From Pocillopora damicornis (taxonomy: Eukaryota), in NCBI RefSeq assembly GCF_003704095.1, contig NW_020844534.1, forward strand, positions 310,001 through 374,000: a stretch of 64,000 bases of DNA. Direction: 5' to 3'. The position numbers and the translations under genes were made by a program. Shown one piece after another: positions 54,724-64,000 of the stretch. Each line of letters opens with the position of its first letter. The first letter of the stretch is position 1. The notes under the pieces are model-generated. The model was not told where the DNA came from and made no database searches. It was given only the letters and a program-made list of their open reading frames with translations.

Positions 54724-57315
54724 TTAAAGACACCTCAACACATCGTGAAGGATGACGTCTTTTAATGTGTAAAGGATGACATAATTTCGATAGATTTCCA
54801 CAACATCCTCAGTGATCGTTATACTCTAATGAGAAAAAGAACGCTCTCTATATTAGGAATCTTATTTTATAAGAAGTTCCATGGAAGAGGATAATTTAGT
54901 ATTATCAACTGAGTTGATAACGTCAATTGACCACCGTAAATACTTTCAAATCTGACGTTTCGAGCTTTAGCCCTTCGCTCTGGTTAACACTGGTCTGCTT
55001 TGAAACTCTTAACGAAGGCCAATTTACATTATCAACTCAGTTTATAATCGTAAATTACCATGTTACATTCTCCAACCGACGCAGCAACACAGTTTCTTTA
55101 AAAATTACTCCCTTTATTTCATGGAGGAGGCTTTTCTTTTCTCTTGCGACTAAATTTGCCTGCAGAACGCAAATAGTTCATAAGGCTCGTGATGGAAAAT
55201 CGTCAAGGGTGACATTAACCTTATTTGAATTTGCAGTGTCTCAGATCAAAGTAAAAGCCGTCAGGAAGTACAAATCCATGAAAAGTGAAAAGTGATGAGA
55301 AAAAAGAAAAGCGTCTACTTGAAGATAATCATTTGATCCTATGATAGATTCTCAGAACCAAAGTTAAGCAATGCACGGCGCACAGTATAAACAATTTCTT
55401 TACAAAATCTTTGGAGTAAAAGGGTTAAGTGTTAAAAAATACCCCTGAAACTTTTAAAACTCCGGTAGACTCAGCAGTGTTATGACAGAATTGAGTCAAT
55501 TGACTTTCACTGACTTTCGTTTAGAAAATCAAATCTTCCCGAAATATTCCGCCATGGACGGGATGTTGTTACGTATTAAAATCAATAAAACAGCACTTTT
55601 GAGTTCATTTCTTGTATTTCGATTCTCGAGATTTCTTTTGTGAGGTGTATACGAGAAACGGAAAAATTTGTCTTACCAATCGATTCTGTTCGACCATTGC
55701 TTGTAGGTAATCGCGGGTGTAGTGATTCATTTGCACCTTTGACAAATGTTGAGTAGTAGGCATCTGATACTCATTTCTACGGATCTGAAGTTTTGTGAAA
55801 CAAGAAAATAGGAGTTTGCCATTATCAAACGTGGAATAAATTTTGTATTTAACATAAATTAAAGCAGTGGATAGCGTTGAAGGTACTAAAACAACTATTC
55901 ACCTCAGTGTCGATGGCTAACAGTAGATATTTACCGAGCCACGAAACGGCTATGGCTATTACTATTCCATAATACTTTCAACTTTTTTTTGTCAAATGTT
56001 TCTTTCAATGGCATACAGTCTATAGAGAACCAAGATTTTTGATTATTTAAAGTTCATTAAAAGATAACTTGTTTTTTAAGTTGATGAAACTAAATGTTTG
56101 ATTGATAGTTCCATCGAAATATGTAGAATCAAAATTGTTTTAAACAATTAAATGCCAAACTTTGCAAACCTTACCTCAGTTTTCACACTCTGAACTGTAT
56201 AATTAAGCAGGGAGCTGGTGTCCCAGAGAGCTCTTGCTAGCGACTTGTGCTGAGATCCTTTTGATTCTTCCAAAGAGTACGCCAGGTACAATGGGCGAAT
56301 AAAGTTGTGCAGTTGGATGAGGGCGATAGAAAGTCTGTCACTTTTTTTCTGTGACAGAACACATATGAAGAAAGTAATCAAACCTTAGGTCTTTATCCAG
56401 CATCCAGCTTCACTACTATTTTAATTTAAATGTCTCATCGGTAGTTATGGAAAGACTCAACAGATTTGAGAACCGCGGTATAAAACGTGTAAGGACGATT
56501 AAAAACGTTTCGTTGAGATTGTTTGAAAGACATCCTTCAGTTGGTTCTTACGGTGCCTGCAGGGACTTAGTTACTAAATGCTACAACAAAATGAAACAGG
56601 CAAGGGATTATTTGAACATAGCGTACCACGATGCAACAGGAGTTGAAACATGCTTTTTTTTTTTTTTTTTCTTTTACAACAAAATTTGAATAGGTTTTGA
56701 CCTACAAAAGCATGTGCCAATTTTATATTGGTTTGTACGGTAAACAAGTATGGTGTTTTAATTATTTATGAACGGTGGAGAAATAGTGTGGGGAGGACAT
56801 GGACTTAAGTAACAGCCTCACTGTAAATTGTGCCAAAGCGTTTTCACCGCAACTCGTGTTGTATCAATTCAAGCTGAAAAATTTCTTTTTTTTATAGAAA
56901 GAAATACGGAGAAGTTTAGAGAATGTTAGAATCACCATATTCGAAGAGCAAATCTGTGTATGAGCCTCTCCAAAACGTAGTGGTGTCTCCTTGAGATCCC
57001 AGTTAGAAGCTATGAATTTATGGACGGTTAACATCTGTAGAATGAAACACAGAGAAAGTTACTCAACTCTTTGGTTACGTTATTGCCATTCAGAGCTCAG
57101 AATCAATTTAGTTAAAGAATATCACGACCATCTAATGAAAAATATTTTTTAGGATTCCCTACCTCCTTGATGGCTTTGGCTCGTGTTGGCATCAGAAGAT
57201 GTCTGATCAGAATTTCCGCGTTACTAGGTTTCAATCTTAACGGAGCTGTCCACGGTGCTGAACTCAGAAAAGTTACCATAAATATGGTAACGTATAGGGC
57301 CTTGAAACATTCCAT
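54724..57315 (-). CDS. Secreted helical protein paralogue C (putative four-helix cytokine-like), 211 aa
   Basis: Exons 57315-57163, 57034-56936, 56348-56175, 55784-55677, 54825-54724, all phase 0. Protein: MECFKALYVTIFMVTFLSSAPWTAPLRLKPSNAEILIRHLLMPTRAKAIKE|MLTVHKFIASNWDLKETPLRFGEAHTQICSSNM|KKSDRLSIALIQLHNFIRPLYLAYSLEESKGSQHKSLARALWDTSSLLNYTVQSVKTE|IRRNEYQMPTTQHLSKVQMNHYTRDYLQAMVEQNRL|SITITEDVVEIYRNYVILYTLKDVILHDVLRCL*. Confidence 0.88.
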
Positions 57316-57687
57316 ATCTAGTCAATTAAAATTTGAAAAGGTACGGTTAACAAATTCGATAAAACGCATACCAAAAAAACACTCAAACACACCATCAAAC
57401 TGTTATATTGACATTTCCTTTCAAACATGATAAGACAAACGAGAAGAGCTGAATTCTTTTTAACCTTTGTTACCTCTCGTTAAACTCATTTCGATGTGCT
57501 TTAATATGCTTTGACCTAATATATAGTGATGAGAAAATCCTCTGTGAATGGTTTCATGACGTTCTTTAAAGCGAAATAATTTGTCTGCGTAAAGTACCAT
57601 ACCTGCTTTCCTTAAGAGAGCGCAACTATATTCACATGAATGAATTGCTTAGTCCAGGTCAGAGGCAAAGCAGTAGCTATCACTCAC

Positions 57688-57860
57688 CTCTTTCAGTCTC
57701 GTCCAGTGCTGGATGCAATGGTTTGAAGCGAAGTGTGGTGTGTGTCTCCTACCTGAAATATCTGACGGACACATATTTATTTTGTCAAATGCCGGGGAGA
57801 AACCATCCAACATTTGCTTCTGTTGAGGGGAGTCGACCTGCGGGGATATTCCCGTAATAC
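57688..57860 (-). promoter_or_regulatory. Putative first exon/promoter of paralogue C with overlapping kB and GAS motifs
   Basis: Donor GAG|gtgagt at 57687 and an AT-rich TATA-like stretch at ~57773-57783. GGGATATTCC (57843-57852, fits GGGRNNYYCC) overlaps TTCCCGTAA (57849-57857). Confidence 0.45.
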
Positions 57861-59682
57861 ATCTTCCTTCTCGTCGCGGAAAATCATCTTGTATTTTGGA
57901 AAAAACATCATTGGCAGTTCCTGTTGAAGTATCCAATGTTCTTTGTGTGATACGTCTCTACTGCTTGATACGAAATATAACAACTTGCCGAGGAATAAAC
58001 ACGGCATCTCAGAGTGGTCACACACTCTATCCAAGAAGGCTCTTCCGATATTAAACCCTTAGGGAGTTATCTCCAGAATTGAGTCTGGAAATAGTTTATT
58101 GAAATTTTTACCGGAAGGTCAAATCTTGACCCTATTTTTTGTAATCGAAACCATTTGTCGCACCCAACAATTATATTTAACAGAGTCAGTGTAGTTATAA
58201 TCGTCTAGCATACAGTCGGAGTCACTCTGTTCCTAGTAAATTCAGGAGTAATATCCTATTTCTGTGATGTGTCAGTTTCTTCCTGTTTTCGTATCGTATT
58301 ACTTTCGTAATATTTCGTTTCATTCAAGCGATATCAAGTACTGCAAGTCAAACAAAGACCTAGATTAACTGGTGTTTACAGCGTACATGCCTGACGAAGA
58401 AATGTAATCTGAGGGATGATGAGGTATTAGATGTTATGAATTTATAGACAATCGGAACCATGGGCGAGCGCTCAATGGATCGATTCCGGACTGATTCGTA
58501 ATGACGCTTTACGTGCTGCATCAGTGTTACTTGTAACTGTTTAATTTGGAGATTTTTCCCTCTTCTGAATCCTCCAATGATCGAAACTGAATGATTTTTA
58601 CGGCCTTGAACGCACTGCGAGGTATTGTGTCAGCGCGGCTATCAGAAATGAGATTTCTCGGAAGTCGACGGAACTACATCAGTGGATTATCACACTTGAA
58701 CAAAGGTTTCCTCCAAACGGACACGAAAAACTGTTTCAGAATCCTCTGCTTGGAAATGCAGTTCTAGCCATTATACTTTCTAAGACCCCTGCCGTAAGAA
58801 TATCGATTTCCGTCTATTGCAAACTTGACAAACGACCGTTTGTCTAATACTTGAATCTCGTGGTCCTCTGAACCTGTTAGGGTGAAACTGCTTCGTACGG
58901 CTATTATTAACTGCACATATCTGGTAGATGTCCTCAGTCAATTGAAATTATGGCCAGACGTTTATCATAGAGAATTTTTTTAGCCTGTGTTGTCTAATGG
59001 TTAACGGTGTTTTGCCAAGAAGCCAACAGAGATCAGAAGATGAATGCGAAAGCTTCAGGTTACATGCTTTGACCTTATCAGTTACAAAGCAATAGTGTTA
59101 AAACTTCCGCCTGGCGTTCGTGTCTGAAAACTTGTCTGTGATCAAGTTCCAAAAAAAAACAAAAAACCCATTGCCCTTTGGTGTACTGATGCTCAGAAAA
59201 GTGGAACTAAATACAGAAAGTTGATAAATAAATTATTTCCAAAAGTGGTAAGACTTCACTTGATTTGAAATAAACTGCATAAAAATAAAAAATAATGAAA
59301 GTAAATTTTATGAGTAATTTTTTAATCAGGGTCATACTAAGGATGGTTAATAAATTGTCATCTTGAAGTGCATCAATCCCTCGGTAGAGGATATGAAACG
59401 TCTATCATGTAGGATGGTATGATTCGCGCATTATTCAACAACACTATGTTGTGTTACAATCTAAGCCAAGAACCATCTATTGAAGGTTGAATGGCTTCAA
59501 GGCGATGTCTTAAAACAGCAAAGATCTAGCTTTGCTGAGAGAATTCCCAACCTCCATGGTGGATCAAGGGTGAAAGCCTTCACCTGTTAACAGATGTTTT
59601 GAGTGTCTCGGAAGAAAAGAAGAAGGTCGAAGACTTTCTGTATCTCAGAAAAAATAGTCTAAGGCATCCAAATGCCTAAAGT

Positions 59683-59899
59683 TTAACCCTTTATGCCCAA
59701 AGATCGGTATACATGTTCTCAGTACTGTTCTCTATACATTTCCCTAGGTGCTGACAAGGAGAATTTCTTTAATAATCAAGCGCTTATTTAGATGGTGACC
59801 ATTTCCTTTCTTTATTCTCGTGACCATATTGTGTGATTCAGAGATGATATGGTTAGGAGAAATGAGATGCTAGTGACCCGTTAGGGGTCAACGGGTAAA
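59683..59899. mobile_element. Related TTAA-MITE subfamily copy
   Basis: TTAACCCTTTATGCCC ... GGGGTCAACGGGTAAA. The internal TGACAAGGAGAATTT motif is similar to a partial copy at ~21170-21384. Confidence 0.55.
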
Positions 59900-60477
59900 T
59901 CAAAAACCGTAAATAAACGTTTCAGTGTAGCTTTCAACCGTCAAAGGATGTGTATCCTATAGACTTGTTTATTAAAAAAAAAAAGTCCCGCAAACTCAAG
60001 GGACGTCTTACTTAGTCACATCTTCGATTACTACGTTTTGCTTAATAATACTATTTTTTCGTCATTCAATAAACAGGAAACGAATATGTAGACAAAAATA
60101 GACAATATTTTCAGTTTCTCTTCAACGCTTTATTGTTAATTTAACAACATCACGCTCGTACATTGGTTTATCAACATTATTCAATCTGCAACAGATTAAC
60201 TTATACACTGATTCCAGTCAGTCACTACTAATCTCAATATGGACTTTGTCGTTTCCTTCTATTGAAGGTCGATTGTAACAGTCATTTAATACTCCTCATC
60301 GATATCAATATAAATAAATGGACTTTCTTCCCAAAAAAGAAGAATCGTTGCACTACTTTTTTACGCTTCTTAAATAAAATTTCATTTAAATATTTTCTTG
60401 TGATGTCCCGTAATTAATGATAGGTTCCATGCTTCCATCAGAGGGAAATGTGGTCCATCCTTTCAGCGGATACCATT

Positions 60478-62310
60478 TTACAGACAAGTCATCACGTTAT
60501 CGAGGACATCTTTCAGAGTGTACAAGATGACGTAATTTCGGTAACTCTTCACCACATCATCAGTGATCGTAAGACTCTGTGAAAAGAAAATAATATCCCT
60601 GATTATGATTTTACAAAACTCAGAGAAACCTAACTTGCACTTTTTCTGCAACGTGAGAAACTATTCTTAACTCGAAAGAGACTGAGAATTATCAGCTCGG
60701 AGGTTTAGAGCATCGCAAAAATGGGTGAAAAAAATAGTATGTAGTCAAGAGGATATGAAATATTGTGATTGAAGTAAACTGACTCTGAAGCACGAATACA
60801 GGCTCCGAGCATCTTGCTTCGTCACAAATTTTGGATTAGTGTAAATTGCTTTATTGAGTAAGGTGTCTTCTTTATCTCGAAGGCGAGAAGATCAGGATTT
60901 GACTTTCTTTTTTACCTCTGTTTTCCAAGCATGTTGCAAGCTCGGATTGGTTTTCTTTGGAGAATATTTTGCATGTAAGGCAACTCAGAGGATTCTATGC
61001 GAAGTGATAAGGAAGAAAACTTTACGTACCAATAAATTATTTTTGACCTGAGCCCGAAGGTATTTGCGAGTTTTACGATCCAGTACTGCTTCTGACTCAT
61101 GTGGAACTTGGGGTGGCCGAGATCCAATCTTCGTTATCTAAAAAATTGAGGTAAATTATTACATTATGTCACTGTTGTTGTTCAATAATTCCTATAACCC
61201 TTAAAATGCTAAACCGTGCGATGTGATAATTCAGCGAATGTCCAGTCTAAGCTTCTTTAGTTTAAATAACCGATAAAAAAATAAAAATTAGCCAGTTTGA
61301 TAACCGTGAGTGTAAATTGTGATTCAACAAAACCAAGAATCAAGAAGACGGATAGAGGAAAGCTTAAAACTATTTTTATGAGAGTATTGTGAGTTTACTG
61401 ATGTAATACACTAGAAATGATTTTGCTATTATCATCATATTAAATCGTTCTACTTAATTTCCGAATCAAAAATTTCGTAAGAATGATACCTCGTTTTCGA
61501 CACTCCCCACTGTGTAATTTAGGTGAAAGCTGGTTTCATGAATTGCTCTTGCCAACTCCTGATGCTGAAATCCTTTTTGTTTCTCATACGAGTGTGCCAT
61601 GTAAAGTGGGCTCATGAAATAGTGGAGTTGGATGTAAGCGATCGCAAGATTGTGTTGCTTTTTCTGCGAAGGAAACATGATAGACACAATTTGTTAATAT
61701 TAATTTAAGTACAAGAGACTTGCAGAGGCACAAGTTCTGTCAAATGTTTTATGTTTTGATGCCAATGTTTAGAGTCTTGTCATTAATAGAAAACGATCCG
61801 GGAATATCGAAAAACAATCCCTTCGAAATGAATAATGGGCCTTGAAGCTTTTGAGATTGATGTTTAGTAATTGTCGTTAACTATAAGTCGCAACCTTTGC
61901 ACTAATTACCTATCATTATCGGCCTTAAAATTATTCATATTACATACCAGATTCGAAGAACATGAGGGTATGTCAGTCATTCCAAAAGCCAGGGGTGTCT
62001 CTTTGAGAATCCAGTTCGAAGCTATGAAGTTGTAGACGTTTAACATCTGTAAAATGAAAGAATGAGATTGTTATGAACTTCATTCTTAGTTTGCAAAGAA
62101 ACAATTGGACGTAAGAGAGAAACTAAATCGAGAAGTAGATTTTTTCAAATTTCCTACCTCTTTGGTAGCGTTCGCTCTTGTTGGCATCAGAAAGAGTCTG
62201 ATAACAAATTCAGCATTGCTTCTTTGTGAACTTAATGGAGCGGTAAAAGCCACTGAGCTCAGCGTAGTTGTCATCAATGTGACAGCCAAAAGGACCTTGT
62301 AAAATTCCAT
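60478..62310 (-). CDS. Secreted helical protein paralogue D (putative four-helix cytokine-like), 210 aa
   Basis: Exons 62310-62158, 62046-61948, 61663-61490, 61137-61030, 60576-60478, all phase 0. Protein: MEFYKVLLAVTLMTTTLSSVAFTAPLSSQRSNAEFVIRLFLMPTRANATKE|MLNVYNFIASNWILKETPLAFGMTDIPSCSSNL|KKQHNLAIAYIQLHYFMSPLYMAHSYEKQKGFQHQELARAIHETSFHLNYTVGSVENE|ITKIGSRPPQVPHESEAVLDRKTRKYLRAQVKNNLL|SLTITDDVVKSYRNYVILYTLKDVLDNVMTCL*. Confidence 0.88.
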
Positions 62311-62839
62311 CTCTGGTAAGATGAAATTAGAAAAAAAGATACTGTTAAGGAAATCACTGAAATTTAAAATTTTATTAGTCAAAGTCGACGAACTCCTTGT
62401 TGTGGCGAAAATTTTCGATCTCCGAACGAACAGATATTGACCTAAGTTTGCGTCCTCGTTAGTTATAAATTCCTTACGGGTTTGACATGAAATCTCGTCA
62501 GCCATGGTATTTATATTGGTTTACCACGTTGGTCTTGAAGGATTTGAACTTTTTACTCATATCAGTACTTAATTTTTTTTTTGCTTCTCACCAATTGAGT
62601 GAAAACGTTATATTTAACCAAGAGTTTATGTCAAACTTAGTCTCACAGTCCTTCGATAAATTTTAGTAGCATCTTCGTTTTGAAATTTGTTCTTTTTGAT
62701 TGTTAGACAATTCTATTTTTTTGTGATTAAGACCTGAATACAGATAACAAACAAAATTATTCGCTTGTTTTCCAAAATTTTCATCCTTCATGAATAATCC
62801 TAGATCAAGCAGAAAGAAGCGATAGGTATTATATCTTAC

Positions 62840-63440
62840 CTTTGTATTATGGTTGAATATAATAGAATTAAAGTTTCTTGTGAGTACGTTGTCTTCTGAA
62901 GAGTTTGATACTCGAATGCATCTTGATCATTCGTTTTATAGAAAACGAAGGGGAAGCTCTAATTTCTATTACCGTTTTTTTTCCTCAGGGTGGTTTCCCG
63001 TGCGCACCTCAGCTTCTGCTGTATTCTAGGAAAATTAGTCAAAAGTTCCCGCATGTCACAGCAGTTAAAGTTATGTATGTCTGTTATGTATCTTCGGTTA
63101 TGCAATAAATCAGGGCTGTAAAAACCGACTCTCTCCCTAATGGCATTGTAGCGCGTTCAGATCTGTAAACCGTAACTACCTTACATTAGGTTTTGTAAAG
63201 TAATTTAATTTGTTAAAAATGACTTCATTTTCAAAAACATTACCGCGAAAGGTGTTACCAGGTATTTAATGTAGATTTTAAACGTTTAGCACACGTCCGG
63301 GAAGTTATGCGGAAATTATCGGGCTTTTTCCTTTTTCAGTTACTTATTGAAGTCATCCACGGCAATTTCTCGCATTTACATCCTCTTTCTTTAAAGATTC
63401 TATTAATAGTTCATGGTTGCAGCAGGGCGGTAATTTTCCT
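62840..63440 (-). promoter_or_regulatory. Putative non-coding first exon, TATA box and upstream GAS/kB-like motifs of paralogue D
   Basis: Strong donor AAG|gtaaga at 62839 and minus-strand TATAAAA at ~62934-62940. Plus-strand TTCTAGGAA at 63024-63032. kB-like GGGTGGTTTCCC ~62988, AAAAGTTCCC ~63041, GGGCTTTTTCC ~63321 and GGTAATTTTCC ~63429. Confidence 0.5.
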
Positions 63441-64000
63441 TTACAACTGAAATAACCGAAGTGACCACATAAAACGCATTATATCATATGTCACAATCTA
63501 CCGAGGAAGATCAGTCTAGTATAGTAAGTTATAGCCTAAACCTGTTATATTTAACAGATAGGGGTTTGGTTGGCCGGCGACTGAATGCTTTTGCCAAAGT
63601 CATTTCTCTAAATCTAGAAAGATGAATCATCAGTTCCCGACGTGTGCGTTTACAATTCGTGTTTCTGTTGCTCAAAAGCCTATGGCGTTGTGGATGACGC
63701 TAAAATGAAGACACGATCTTGAAATACCCCAAATGACCAATATTAATTTTCCGCAGACAGCCTTTTGGATTATAAGGTCAATAGAGAGATATTTTACGTG
63801 ATATGACATCCTGATTCTGTCCCGCGTGAGCCGACGAAAGATGTATATCATTTCATGTCATGACCTCAGGTATCTTGACTCTAGGGGTTAGTAAGACGCA
63901 CCAGAGAAAGTGTTTCGATTGTTAAATCTTTCGTAGGACAATGTTCGGTAAAGAGCAGATAGTTTATTAGTGAGACTCAGTCTCCTCTTGCCATAATTTT

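Noticed and set aside
57649-58034. Overlapping 85-95 aa ORFs upstream of paralogue C
   Set aside because: Non-ATG starts and no recognisable motif; better explained as promoter or 5' exon sequence.
62311-62505. 65-aa N-terminal extension of paralogue D in the ORF track
   Set aside because: It runs through a polypyrimidine tract and AG acceptor at 62313-62314 that is positionally conserved in all four paralogues, and it would bury the signal peptide. It is most likely intron read-through.

Overview
AT-rich, intron-rich animal genomic DNA. The repeat content suggests a cnidarian, probably a stony coral, but this is inference. Left third: a many-exon minus-strand PTCD3/mS39-like mitoribosomal PPR gene (ATG 17774, running off the left edge) sits head-to-head, 145 bp apart, with an 8-exon CUTC gene (17920-24277) that needs a GC-AG intron. 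Middle: an ORF with no coding introns encodes a Ser-rich RVxF plus ankyrin protein (PP1 regulatory subunit-like, 27570-28586). Right half: a tandem array of four intact minus-strand paralogues (33075-35589, 39628-42639, 54724-57315, 60478-62310) that the ORF track shows only as fragments. Spliced by hand, each encodes a secreted 205-220 aa, apparently all-helical protein. All four share five coding exons joined by phase-0 GT-AG introns, a conserved Cys pair, a conserved N-glycosylation sequon and a C-terminal TITxDVVxxYRNYxI motif. This architecture suggests long-chain four-helix-bundle (IL-6/LIF/GH-type) cytokines, with kB/GAS-like upstream motifs and AU-rich 3' elements nearby. That family is the best candidate for an undescribed system here. 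Dispersed MITEs, a SINE, microsatellites and a 100-N gap are also present.
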